Origin: a virus
Taxonomy: Duplodnaviria > Caudoviricetes
Virus record (IMG/VR): IMGVR_UViG_3300010011_000004
Span: 1-64,000 of that record
DNA: 64,000 nucleotides
Strand: one strand, 5' to 3'
Shown here: one piece after another, positions 11,537-21,594 of the stretch
How the letters are laid out: each line of letters opens with the position of its first letter
How positions within the stretch are numbered: position 1 is the stretch's first letter
The notes under the pieces: generated by a model
The model's input: the letters and a program-made list of their open reading frames with translations, nothing else
Told to the model about the DNA's origin: nothing
Database searches by the model: none
Program-made: the position numbers and the translations under genes

Positions 11537-12706
11537 TTATACCTCTCTCTCAGTGTCAGTTTCTTCTTCTTTATATATAGCTACATATTCACCTGAATAA
11601 AACGTAAGTGCTGGTTCCATATGCATTCCTTCATCTTGACCGTTCCAGGTATTTAATGGACATGCTATACCAAATTTAGCAAAAATATAATATACTTTTT
11701 CTCTTTCATTGCAATCATAACTGCTGTAATTAAAATCAAAAGCTGCGCCATATTTATGCATTGAATCAGAAGCTCCGTATTTATTTCCTTCTCTGAATCC
11801 ATCAGTAAACATAAACTTTTCGTATAAATCTGGCTCGTTTTGCTGCATATAGTCCAAAGCTGCTTCTATTCTGGAAGCAAATTCAGCATTAAATCTGTAA
11901 TCTATATTACCTTTTCGATGCTTACTTAATGTACGCATATTTTGTTTATAGTAATTTTTCATAGCACTACTAGCATTTCTTTGCGTAGCACCCCATTGTC
12001 TCATCGGAGAAGCTGCTTGAGATTTACATTCGTTTCCTAAACTTGGTCCACCAGTTGAGCTTCTTTGATATATAGGATCAGATTGATTACCACAATTAGT
12101 ATTAACTTTTATGTTATATTCTTCTATTTCTTTTTTATATTCATTGACTTCTTCTGGAGACATAAGATCTAATTCAGCCTGAGTTTTAATATATTTTAAT
12201 GGAATAACACTCTCTTTTCCAGAAGGATTCATCTTGATATAGCGATCAGATAAAATAACTACATCGTTGGCGGCATGAATTGTGATATCTCCATCATCAG
12301 ATAATGTAATAGTTGAGCCGTTGCGATGTTTTAATTCAATATATTGAGCGTCATCATCGAACATTAAATAACCAGTATTTGTTTTTATTATCTTCCTTTG
12401 CGGATATATATCTTTAGCTTCAGAAGGTACAACATTCTCATTTTCTCTGAATATAGCACCCAACCATATCGGTTTATAAGGACTGCCATTTATAAACATT
12501 ACTGAGATTAAAGAGTTTTTCTCCGGTATAAAAAATATCCCTTTATCTGTATGTCCATATGGAAAACAAGGCTCAGCCCAAGGAAGATCTTCATTTTTTA
12601 TATTACCATACACATTAGGTATAGATATCTTTAATCTACCAAGTTTTTTAGGATCGTTATTATCTACAACCAAACCGACATATATACCGCTGAATTTAGA
12701 AGCCAT
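11537..12706 (-). CDS. gp5: Baseplate central spike gp5-like (OB-fold) with C-terminal M15 peptidase domain
   Basis: N-terminal GLVVDNNDPKKLGRLK...LPWAEPC...F.NG..P.W.G; C-terminal SMHKYGAAFD and EGMH Zn-peptidase motifs. Confidence 0.85.
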   Translation of the reverse strand: MASKFSGIYVGLVVDNNDPKKLGRLKISIPNVYGNIKNEDLPWAEPCFPYGHTDKGIFFIPEKNSLISVMFINGSPYKPIWLGAIFRENENVVPSEAKDIYPQRKIIKTNTGYLMFDDDAQYIELKHRNGSTITLSDDGDITIHAANDVVILSDRYIKMNPSGKESVIPLKYIKTQAELDLMSPEEVNEYKKEIEEYNIKVNTNCGNQSDPIYQRSSTGGPSLGNECKSQAASPMRQWGATQRNASSAMKNYYKQNMRTLSKHRKGNIDYRFNAEFASRIEAALDYMQQNEPDLYEKFMFTDGFREGNKYGASDSMHKYGAAFDFNYSSYDCNEREKVYYIFAKFGIACPLNTWNGQDEGMHMEPALTFYSGEYVAIYKEEETDTEREV

Positions 12707-13917
12707 TATATTATTGGTCCTCCCTCTGGGCTCTCAATGCCTTTAGAATCAAGTTCTGAGCACAATACCATCTGCACATATGGCTGAAATGGATGTACGT
12801 TAGTCATCCCAAAATTGTATGTTATAGATGCTATATAATATAATCCGTCCAAATCTTTAGTCTTACCGTTTTCTTGGCTTATGATTTCAAGACAATTTAA
12901 TGGCGTTAATTCTGGAATAACTTCAGATAAAGTATAAACTAATTTACCAAAAGTATATACTCGATGGCGCAGATTTGATATATATATTTTCTGTAGCTCC
13001 TCTTCATCTAAACTACCATTTATATACTGAGATGCTATTCCTTTATGTTGATGTTTCTTTGAGCTTATAGAACTCGAATAACTTTCTTTAGATAAAGAAT
13101 TCGGATTAACTCCTTTAAAATTAGTATATCCTCGATTAAAATGGAATAGTGAATCTTTGCCACCATATTTTTCGATCAAGCTTTTAAAATTAGTGTTATA
13201 CGATATTTCCTTAGAATTTTTAATCATGTCAAGTTTAACAGAATATGGAGATTTTATACTTTGAGTAAGTGGCGCAAAATAAGCTTCTCTATTAAACATA
13301 AAAAAATTGTATAATATATCACCTTTCTGCGATCTAGCATATGGTAATAGTGATCTGATCATTTCATAATCTGTCATTTGAGCTTGGAGCCAATTATAAG
13401 CAAAATCGGTTGGTTCTATTTTTTTAATCTTGCCGCCGTTTCTTGTTACTAACTTACGCACTATCTCTGATATAGTAATTTTTCCAAATGATTCATATTT
13501 TTCATTTAGCTGCATAGTATAAAATACCGGGTCCACACATCTCAGTAGTATCAGTTTACCAGTATTAATATCCGTATATTCTATATCCATTTCTGTAACG
13601 TTAAAATTCCTTATGACCTCATAGTTAACTACACAAAATCTAAAAGGTCCCGAGAAATATTTTTTATTGTATTTTAAATTATATAGTTCATCTTCAAACC
13701 ATACATCGATAATTCTATCCTTAATCGGTAATGTTTCTATAGATTTAAAGTCTTCAAAATAATCATCATTAATTATAATCATAATTTCAGCGTATACCGA
13801 AGGAGTATATTGCGATAAATGATAAGATAAGCTTTTGACAACAACTGGGTTTTTATTATACCAAGACAAGTTAGCGCGAGTTATAAAATAATCAAAATAT
13901 TGTGTAATATTACGCAT
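12706..13917 (-). CDS. Baseplate hub protein (gp27-like)
   Basis: 403 aa directly upstream of gp5; WLQAQMTDYEMIRSL and GLYYIASITYNF resemble hub/late-control-D proteins. Confidence 0.6.
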   Translation of the reverse strand: MRNITQYFDYFITRANLSWYNKNPVVVKSLSYHLSQYTPSVYAEIMIIINDDYFEDFKSIETLPIKDRIIDVWFEDELYNLKYNKKYFSGPFRFCVVNYEVIRNFNVTEMDIEYTDINTGKLILLRCVDPVFYTMQLNEKYESFGKITISEIVRKLVTRNGGKIKKIEPTDFAYNWLQAQMTDYEMIRSLLPYARSQKGDILYNFFMFNREAYFAPLTQSIKSPYSVKLDMIKNSKEISYNTNFKSLIEKYGGKDSLFHFNRGYTNFKGVNPNSLSKESYSSSISSKKHQHKGIASQYINGSLDEEELQKIYISNLRHRVYTFGKLVYTLSEVIPELTPLNCLEIISQENGKTKDLDGLYYIASITYNFGMTNVHPFQPYVQMVLCSELDSKGIESPEGGPII

Positions 13918-13929
13918 TTATATCATCAC

Positions 13930-14319
13930 TTATTTATAATATCGAATTAAATTATATTCGATATAATCTTTTGGAATCATCCTCAATACCTTTCCTTCTT
14001 CAATATTAAATGGATCTACAATATTATTGACCGCCATAATCACCCAAAATAATTCTGGTGTCTTATAATACTTCCAAGATATAAGATCCAATCTATTTAC
14101 ATCGTTTTCTTTTACTCTATAAAATTCTTCTCCTTCTATATAATCAGGAATAGCATCGACGAAATTCCTTAAAAATAACGGTAAAACTCCAACATTTTTG
14201 AATTTATATAAATCAGAGTTAACTGCCATATGATGTTTGCTATCATTTTGAGTTGGATTTATTTTTTCACCGTAATTTAAATCCGCGAATTCTAACCTTT
14301 GGTTATAACCATCACTCAT
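13930..14319 (-). CDS. LysM-fold baseplate protein (gp53 / tail protein X-like)
   Basis: RLDLISWKYYKTPELFWVIMAVNNIVDPF...GKVLRMIP motif. Confidence 0.85.
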   Translation of the reverse strand: MSDGYNQRLEFADLNYGEKINPTQNDSKHHMAVNSDLYKFKNVGVLPLFLRNFVDAIPDYIEGEEFYRVKENDVNRLDLISWKYYKTPELFWVIMAVNNIVDPFNIEEGKVLRMIPKDYIEYNLIRYYK

Positions 14320-16268
14320 GATTTTAATACCTCTTTAAATGTATTTAATTCATTATATAACGCTTCATTTATATTACTAGAGTATACAACATTTATGTTT
14401 TTAGAAGCTTCTTCAAGTTGTTTGTACTTACTAACTTCAACGTGTGATAATATATTTCTAGTTTTAAGATCATACGCTCTTTCATATATTAGTCGATTAA
14501 CTTTTTTCATAGTATCCATATTTTTTAACAATTCTGTTTCTAATAACATTAAATTAGATTGTTCTAACACTATTACAGGTGTCATATCAACATTTGAGGT
14601 GTTAATATTATTTAAGTTGTTATTTATTTTACTAATAATATTTGAGTTTTTTTCTACATATAAATTATCCACATAAACCGAATCGTTAAGTTTATTTTTA
14701 GTTATTGACTTAGAATCTTCTAAAATCTCTAACAGCTTTAGTATATTACTATAAAGATTTGTTACATTATCTAAACTAACACCGGAATCAAATGTAGATA
14801 GTATGCTGATAATTGGCCAATATAAATCGATCGCTGTTCTAACATTATTAGATAGCGCTGTGCCGGATGATCCAACTATCCTCGACAAACTAGACAGTGA
14901 GCTAAATAAATCTTTTTGTTTAATATTAATTAGTAGATTAGCATAATTCGATACATTCTGTACGCTGCCTATAATACTCTGAATTTCGGTCGATAATTTT
15001 AATGAATTATTATTGTTATTTATACCTAAAAAATTAAACTGATCGTTTGTCATATTATTAATAATATCGGCATATCTTATATCTAAGTCTCTAATAACAT
15101 TATTATCAAAACTTATATTTCCGAAATTTCTGTTAACATCAAAATTCTGCATATTTTTATAAGCATTATACAAACTATCATAATTTATATCATTATAATT
15201 AAAATTATTATAACGCTCTATAGCTTTTTGTATAGCTGTCATACCTGGATCTTTAGTATTTACTGAAGATATTCCTAAATTATTTATCGTAGATGGAATA
15301 TCTTTTGGTAAATTCTCACCAGCTGTAACAGTTGTTATTAAATCTTCATCTTTATAATCCATTCCAAATAATATTTGAGGGTTGTTGGATAATACAAAAC
15401 TTTTCGCTATAGTATTATGTTCATCGCTCCATGAATACATAAAAACATTTATAAATCTCAAATTTCCGCGTATGATCATAGGAAACATTTCATTTCCTAA
15501 ATCTAACATTTCTTCAGAAGATCGTATAGTTACTTCTCTCAAAAATCCTTTAAATCCTCTATATAGACCACCCAATTTAACCGACAGCAACGGCGGGTAT
15601 AAAAATCCATAAGCTCTAGGATAAACTAGTCCTTGCAATGCTCCAAGATACGCTCTGACATTTTTCATAAAATCTTTAACTTCAATATTTTCTAACTTAA
15701 AGCTGTCAGCATTACCAGCACCAGTTTCTCTTCTAACATAATGTGTACCACCAGCGGTAAGTAATGTTCTGTTAATAGGCAGTATAAATTCAAGATCTAA
15801 AGATTTGCTTAGATCGCGAGAATTATATTCAACCAAAGCAATATTTGCCAGGCTCTCGCTTAAACTTGCTGTTAATGTAGCCATAAGTTCTGTTAGCTGG
15901 ATACCTGTGTCTCCTCTTCGAGAATAAGAAACTGAGACTGTATCCGAAATTTCAGAAGGTAGCCATGGCAATTTTATATTAATCCTTTGACTGTCATCGT
16001 GTCTTGAATCGATCGATGTTTCTTTTCTAAGTTCTTCACCGTAAAAAGATGCATTTCTTATTACTATAGGAATATATCCAAGATAATTACTTCCACTATT
16101 ATCAGCTGAAGGCTTATATTCGGGTAAACCATATAAGCTAAAAAAATCCATTTTTTGGAGCAGGGCGGATCCCATACTCCTTAAATCATCGGATGTAACT
16201 GTCGGTGCTTGTGGAGCTGGTCTATTTGGATCTCTAAATTGTCTTGTATCATATTGACCAAGATTCAT
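14316..16268 (-). CDS. Tail tube initiator / baseplate-tube junction protein (gp48/gp54-like N-half)
   Basis: 650 aa; YPPLLSVKLGG...GFLREVTI...FPM motif; located between tape measure and gp53-like gene. Confidence 0.5.
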   Translation of the reverse strand: MNLGQYDTRQFRDPNRPAPQAPTVTSDDLRSMGSALLQKMDFFSLYGLPEYKPSADNSGSNYLGYIPIVIRNASFYGEELRKETSIDSRHDDSQRINIKLPWLPSEISDTVSVSYSRRGDTGIQLTELMATLTASLSESLANIALVEYNSRDLSKSLDLEFILPINRTLLTAGGTHYVRRETGAGNADSFKLENIEVKDFMKNVRAYLGALQGLVYPRAYGFLYPPLLSVKLGGLYRGFKGFLREVTIRSSEEMLDLGNEMFPMIIRGNLRFINVFMYSWSDEHNTIAKSFVLSNNPQILFGMDYKDEDLITTVTAGENLPKDIPSTINNLGISSVNTKDPGMTAIQKAIERYNNFNYNDINYDSLYNAYKNMQNFDVNRNFGNISFDNNVIRDLDIRYADIINNMTNDQFNFLGINNNNNSLKLSTEIQSIIGSVQNVSNYANLLINIKQKDLFSSLSSLSRIVGSSGTALSNNVRTAIDLYWPIISILSTFDSGVSLDNVTNLYSNILKLLEILEDSKSITKNKLNDSVYVDNLYVEKNSNIISKINNNLNNINTSNVDMTPVIVLEQSNLMLLETELLKNMDTMKKVNRLIYERAYDLKTRNILSHVEVSKYKQLEEASKNINVVYSSNINEALYNELNTFKEVLKS

Positions 16269-18859
16269 TAAAATATACCTCCGAACTTCTTATCTTCTCC
16301 ACCGATATTGAGACCAAAGATCATTTCCATAATATATTTTGGAACGTTGTACATGTTATCTCCATTAATTTGAGATATTGGTGAGTCGACCATTCCTCTA
16401 TTATCGGTTTTTGTCTTAACTTCTTTTACTTCAGCTTTAAGCTCATCGACAGATTTCTTAAAGCTTTCTGACACTCCTTTTAGACTTGATTTAATTTCAT
16501 TGGTAATTGCTATATCAGTCGATCGCTTATATGATTCTGCTGCAGCAGGAATATCAATGTTTTTAGGTAAGTTGTCTTTAATTATTTTGATATTTTCGTA
16601 CAAATCGCCAAGATCTTCTATTTCTCTCAATCTTCTAGTTCTGTATGGAAAGTTCTTATCTTTTTCAAATATTTCTACCAATGTATCGAAATCTGTAGTT
16701 CCTAATCGGTTTTCCAATAAATTCTTAAAACCTGTAAATCCGTATTGGTTAATCATGCTAGCAGCAAGAGGAAGGCTTCTATAATCTTGCACTCCCAAAA
16801 GCTTAGCCTGTTTAAAATATTTAGCTATATCTTCCATTGCCAACCTATCTGTCTCAGCACGCATCCTTGAATCTTCCATTAATTTGGCAAAATTTCTGCT
16901 CTCTTCTACAGAAAACGTTCTCTTACTCCAATTACCTTTTCTTAAATCTTTTACTATTTTATCTCCCATTACAGATGAAAACTTTTCCGGGTCAATATCA
17001 TATAATCTCTTAAGATAATTTTGCGCTCTTTCGGCATTCCACTGTAATATGCCTAGTGAAACAGCTCCTGCATCATTTCTGTTAACAGCTCCATACGCTC
17101 CACCAGATTCATATTTCTTTATTAAGTTGTATGCTGTTTTAATTAAATCATCTTCAGTCATCATCCTGTTAGCTCTTTGATCATATAATTTTATATCTCT
17201 TATATCATACAGGCTAGGAGCTACTTTTGTTACTAATTCTGCGGTTTTCTCTTGAGCTAGCAATTGCTCTCTATTATGTTTAGATTCTTCATCTATTTTT
17301 TTAATATCTTCGCCAATTCTAGTTGCACCCATTATACCAGGCGCCTTTAGATCTTCAGGAATTATTTTGTCCTTTAAATCTTTAAACCAATCTAAAACCT
17401 TCCTACCAGAACTAGTTATAAAACTCTCTATCTTTTCACCAAAACTTATAATCCAATTATCCATCTTCTCAAGATAAGGACCTAATTTTTTGATATTAGT
17501 GATAGCTGTAGAAAATATTCTGCCAGTCATATTATCAAATTCTTTTAATAATGGTAGAATATTTGTATTATAAATATCGCTGGCTTTTTTACCGATATTT
17601 CCTAAAAATTCATTAACAGAATCGATCGACGATCTCCAGGCATTTTTAATGCTATCAAATTTACCAGCTACCCAATCCCAACCAGCTTGAATTTTTTCTA
17701 AGCTTTTCTTTAAACTATTAGCAAATATATCTTTTATCTCATCAAATTTAACTAAAAATTTATCTTTTACCATTCCAACCCATTTCTCAGCACTTGCAGC
17801 TACATTATCTAAAAATTCAGATATTGGTTTTCTAAATTTCCATATTAATGCTCCACCTAATGCTACCGCTATAGTTCCTAATACCCACGGATTTAGAAGT
17901 AACGGTATTATTGCTTTCAATTTAGGAATTAAAGCAGCTCCTCCAGCTATTCCTAATCCTTGCAGTAAGTAATCTTTAGTTCTAGATATAATACCACCTC
18001 TAGATTCAGATTCTGATGGAACTAATCCTGTTTTTCTGAGTTGTTTAGCTAACCATGTTATAGCAACACCTGGAGCCGATTTTTTCAATACTGTCTGTTC
18101 ATCAAGCGTTATATCGGTAATACCAGCTAGAGTTTTTTTATTGATAATTGCATCTTCTCTTGTTTTAGCTATATTAAGATCTCTAAAACCAAACAGCGAT
18201 TTACGATCATTTGTGTCGCGTCTCTCACTTTTAAAAAATTGGTTCTCAATTTTAGGCTTTTCAACAACTTCTTTGTTTTTAAAAAATCGATCTTCATCTC
18301 TAGGTCTTTCAAAAACATAATTAATTATGCTTTCTCTAGCTGTTTTTAAAGGATCTCTTATAAAATTAGTAATAGCTTTAAACGAACTGATTATTTTATC
18401 TACTGTTTTAGAAATAGTTTGAGTAAATGCACTCATTATTAATATATTTGATCTTTCAAATACACTCTGCATATTTTTAATCAATTTATTCGGTAAATTA
18501 AATAGATAATTTAAATTTTTGTTAACTATGTTCTGTACATCAGCATTTTGTTTGAATACGTTATTGGTTTCTTTTATTTTTGTAGTTATATTACTTATTT
18601 TTTCAGTAATTAAATCATAAGATGATACTAGTTTATTACTGCTTTTATTAAGTATATCAGTTTTAGCCAGCAAATTTAGACAGTATGAGATTATATTCTC
18701 AGTGGCATCTTCTAACTGCATAATACCGCCGTTTAGCGTCTCAAATATATTTTTAATACTAGCGGCTAAACTTTTGTATTGATCATCTGGTAAGCCTGGT
18801 CTTTGTATTCTAATATTTTGTGATATTAAATTTAGTATCATTTCATTATTTTCGGGCAT
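16268..18859 (-). CDS. Tape-measure-like protein with C-terminal lysozyme-like domain
   Basis: 863 aa, helical, central hydrophobic segment, Trp/Phe periodicity; YESGGAYGAVNRNDAGAVSLGILQW lysozyme-fold motif. Confidence 0.7.
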   Translation of the reverse strand: MPENNEMILNLISQNIRIQRPGLPDDQYKSLAASIKNIFETLNGGIMQLEDATENIISYCLNLLAKTDILNKSSNKLVSSYDLITEKISNITTKIKETNNVFKQNADVQNIVNKNLNYLFNLPNKLIKNMQSVFERSNILIMSAFTQTISKTVDKIISSFKAITNFIRDPLKTARESIINYVFERPRDEDRFFKNKEVVEKPKIENQFFKSERRDTNDRKSLFGFRDLNIAKTREDAIINKKTLAGITDITLDEQTVLKKSAPGVAITWLAKQLRKTGLVPSESESRGGIISRTKDYLLQGLGIAGGAALIPKLKAIIPLLLNPWVLGTIAVALGGALIWKFRKPISEFLDNVAASAEKWVGMVKDKFLVKFDEIKDIFANSLKKSLEKIQAGWDWVAGKFDSIKNAWRSSIDSVNEFLGNIGKKASDIYNTNILPLLKEFDNMTGRIFSTAITNIKKLGPYLEKMDNWIISFGEKIESFITSSGRKVLDWFKDLKDKIIPEDLKAPGIMGATRIGEDIKKIDEESKHNREQLLAQEKTAELVTKVAPSLYDIRDIKLYDQRANRMMTEDDLIKTAYNLIKKYESGGAYGAVNRNDAGAVSLGILQWNAERAQNYLKRLYDIDPEKFSSVMGDKIVKDLRKGNWSKRTFSVEESRNFAKLMEDSRMRAETDRLAMEDIAKYFKQAKLLGVQDYRSLPLAASMINQYGFTGFKNLLENRLGTTDFDTLVEIFEKDKNFPYRTRRLREIEDLGDLYENIKIIKDNLPKNIDIPAAAESYKRSTDIAITNEIKSSLKGVSESFKKSVDELKAEVKEVKTKTDNRGMVDSPISQINGDNMYNVPKYIMEMIFGLNIGGEDKKFGGIF

Positions 18860-18988
18860 ATTTTATCACCTTATTGATTAAATTAGTTGGCGAATAAATA
18901 GAATAGTCATGTAGTAATATTTACTATGATTAATTTTAATTTATAGAACGCAACCATTTAATAAAAAAAAAAAAAAAGGAATGGGTAA

Positions 18989-19261
18989 TTACATACCCAT
19001 TCCATACATATTCATCTCACTAGCTTCTTTAGCTTTCTCTTGTAATATTCTTTGAATTTCCTCCATCCAGAATCTTCTTATTCTGAATGTCATCATATTA
19101 ACATCATAATAAGTTAAGTTAGCATAGTATACAAGTTGAATTAACTCGCGTTCTATATCTAATTCCGGATCTCTATATATCGATAAAAAATCTACTATTA
19201 ATTGCGGGTTATCTGTTGCTTGGACGAAAAAACTCGAAAGAAAGTACCGCCATCTGCTCAA
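18989..19261 (-). CDS. Small tail/baseplate assembly protein (gp51-like or GT-like extension); start uncertain
   Basis: ELIQLVYYANLTYYDVNMMTFRIRRFW motif; the only upstream in-frame start is a TTG without an evident RBS, overlapping the previous gene. Confidence 0.6.
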   Translation of the reverse strand: MSRWRYFLSSFFVQATDNPQLIVDFLSIYRDPELDIERELIQLVYYANLTYYDVNMMTFRIRRFWMEEIQRILQEKAKEASEMNMYGMGM

Positions 19262-20003
19262 AATAGTCTTCGCATTCAGGGCATTTCAGAGTGCTACTCT
19301 TAACATAGCCATGATCGTATTTAGACATCTCTTCTCTTAGAGCAAAAACATCTATTGCGGGTATCTTAGGCCATATCAAATTTATCATTGTTCCGAAGTC
19401 TTCTTCTTGAGTCAATATTGTTTTTTCCTCGTTTGGTAATACCATCTCTTCTACGCATCTAGCTAGTTTATATATGTCTGGGCTAATAGATGACCCAAAT
19501 TTTAAACTGTCTGAATGTGACTTTTCAGTCGCTTCTATTAAATCTTTCAGCCTGGTCAATCTAAATTTAACTTCAATCTGACTTTTAGGTAATACCATAG
19601 TCATGGGCTCTGTGCAATCAGGAAGGTATACAACCTCAAATTTAGATAAATCAATAGTTGGTTTTATCCTAGCACCGCAATTTGGGCAATCTAATTCTGT
19701 TTTATATGTAGAGCCATAACTCAATCCACGAATCCAATACAACAAATAAAAGAAATCTCCTATAGTAAATTCTTCTACAGGAAATTTCTCCTCTAAAACA
19801 TTCTGGATTAATCTTTTTAGTATATTATAGAAGTTTGCTTTGTTAAATTTATCGATGAGCTTCTCTTCCGCTGTCAACCATGGGCGGACGTGAACTTTAC
19901 CATTTTTTATGATATTATTTTTGTATAAAATCCCTCTCGATGGAAGCTCTATCTCCTCCGATCCTTGATTTAGAAAACTTAAATCTAAATTTTTTTTAGG
20001 CAT
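19209..20003 (-). CDS. Baseplate hub / tail assembly chaperone (gp26-like)
   Basis: ELPSRG, VRPWLTAEEK, GDFFYLLYWIRGLSYG, two CxxC motifs, C-terminal FFRP; ATG at 20003 with RBS GAAAGGTGAT. Confidence 0.75.
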   Translation of the reverse strand: MPKKNLDLSFLNQGSEEIELPSRGILYKNNIIKNGKVHVRPWLTAEEKLIDKFNKANFYNILKRLIQNVLEEKFPVEEFTIGDFFYLLYWIRGLSYGSTYKTELDCPNCGARIKPTIDLSKFEVVYLPDCTEPMTMVLPKSQIEVKFRLTRLKDLIEATEKSHSDSLKFGSSISPDIYKLARCVEEMVLPNEEKTILTQEEDFGTMINLIWPKIPAIDVFALREEMSKYDHGYVKSSTLKCPECEDYFEQMAVLSFEFFRPSNR

Positions 20004-20532
20004 TAATATCACCTTTCTTTATTAAATATAAGTCTATGTTATTTTGTAACATAAGAATTAATCCATAATTATCTAGATCATATAGCTCACTAAACACAAC
20101 TTGCTTAATACCTGAAGCTATAATAACTTTCGAACAATGTACACATGGAGATATAGTTGTATAAAGTATACTATCTTTTGTAGATATACCTTCTTTAGCG
20201 GCAATTGCTATAGCGTTAATCTCTGCGTGCAATTCATTCAGACTAGACCACTCATGGTGTGTAGCTCTACCAAATGATTCCGGGTTAAAGACTTCATCGC
20301 AATTAATATGCCCGGCTGGAGTACCATTTATACCAGTAGAGATTATTCTTTTGTTTTTAACTAACACAGCACCGACTTTATGTGAAACACAATGACTGTT
20401 GGCTCCCATAATTTCGGCAACTTTTAAAAATGTCGTATGCCATCTTAAATCTTTATCAGAAAACTCAGTGTGATCGACTAATTGAATATTATTTTTTCTA
20501 TCGTTTTGGGTTATTTTATATACCGCTATCAT
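19996..20532 (-). CDS. dCMP deaminase
   Basis: S.C...KVGAVLV, TGINGTPAG, HAEINAI, TISPCVHC motifs; likely start ATG 20532. Confidence 0.95.
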   Translation of the reverse strand: MIAVYKITQNDRKNNIQLVDHTEFSDKDLRWHTTFLKVAEIMGANSHCVSHKVGAVLVKNKRIISTGINGTPAGHINCDEVFNPESFGRATHHEWSSLNELHAEINAIAIAAKEGISTKDSILYTTISPCVHCSKVIIASGIKQVVFSELYDLDNYGLILMLQNNIDLYLIKKGDINA

Positions 20533-20908
20533 GGCCAAGCACCGCTTTAGTAGTACTAATGTCAGGAATAACAAGCTTCGATTCTCGTTCTTTAAAGGCT
20601 TTTATAACATCTTCATTAGTAACATGACCAATTACATCAAAATTGTTTAAATTGATCCAACACGCACCAGCATCTGAGTTACCAGCAAGATTTTTGTCTT
20701 TCGTTTTATTGGAGATAATGAAAAAACCGGGAGCTAATCCGTAAGTAACGGACCCTCCCTGTTGAAGTATTTTATGTACCGTGTATACTTTGCTGCATTT
20801 AATTATATTCGTTACTGGATCATAATAATCAACTACGACTATATGCTCACTCTCCATTGAGGTTTCATCTTTAATCAGAAAAATCATATCACCTGGCTTA
20901 ATGTTCAC
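20516..20908 (-). CDS. Hypothetical protein
   Basis: 130-aa ORF with RBS AGGAGGA, co-oriented with neighbours. Confidence 0.6.
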   Translation of the reverse strand: MNIKPGDMIFLIKDETSMESEHIVVVDYYDPVTNIIKCSKVYTVHKILQQGGSVTYGLAPGFFIISNKTKDKNLAGNSDAGACWINLNNFDVIGHVTNEDVIKAFKERESKLVIPDISTTKAVLGHDSGI

Positions 20909-20991
20909 AAATTCATCCTCCTCTTGTTATGGCTTCAGCAATATACATATATAATTTAACTTAACAAATTTGCAAAATTATTACATTTGTT

Positions 20992-21477
20992 TTATATTAA
21001 AGCTGTCTCTTCAAGAGATTTTTCCAGCTTCATTCGATCTATAGTATCTGGATCTAATGGTTTAAGTACAAAGATCAGATCTTTTTGATCAGTTATAATA
21101 TCGATGAATTCCATCCACTCACCAGTAATCATTTTTGTTTTACATCCAATTTTACCAAATTTATTAAAACGAAGAGAAGTTGGATAATTTTTTATAATAT
21201 CTTTATATTGATTTTCGCCAAACATTATTCTGTATATAACTTTATCAGTTTCATAAGTAGAAAAATCTTCGATATATGTTTGATGAATTTTTTTCTTCCT
21301 TTTATTACGGGCATTAGTATCAGTTTCTATTAGTTCTTTAAGCCCTTTAACTTTTTCCGTTTTAGGCTTATCTTTCTTTTGTTTAGTTTTTAATAAATTT
21401 TTTGTTTTTAACTTTCTTTTTTTCTTTTCTTCTACCTGCTGTTCCATTTCATTTTCCATTTCTTCTACCATTTTCAA
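20992..21477 (-). CDS. Hypothetical basic protein
   Basis: 161-aa Lys-rich ORF with RBS AAGGAGG and its own promoter at 21516-21544. Confidence 0.6.
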   Translation of the reverse strand: MKMVEEMENEMEQQVEEKKKRKLKTKNLLKTKQKKDKPKTEKVKGLKELIETDTNARNKRKKKIHQTYIEDFSTYETDKVIYRIMFGENQYKDIIKNYPTSLRFNKFGKIGCKTKMITGEWMEFIDIITDQKDLIFVLKPLDPDTIDRMKLEKSLEETALI

Positions 21478-21515
21478 GTCCTCCTTAATTATTAATGCGT
21501 CATATTCACTATATT

Positions 21516-21544
21516 ATTATATCATAAAACGGTCGATCTGTACA
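21516..21544 (-). promoter_or_regulatory. Promoter TGTACA-N17-TATAAT
   Basis: Upstream of the 20992-21477 gene. Confidence 0.7.
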
Positions 21545-21594
21545 ATATAAAAAATTAAACTGTAATTTATTTCTAAACATTTAATATACTTAAG

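Noticed and set aside
18963-18977. A15 homopolymer (also an A-run near 26930)
   Set aside because: Intergenic; explained as a terminator U-tail or homopolymer length uncertainty.
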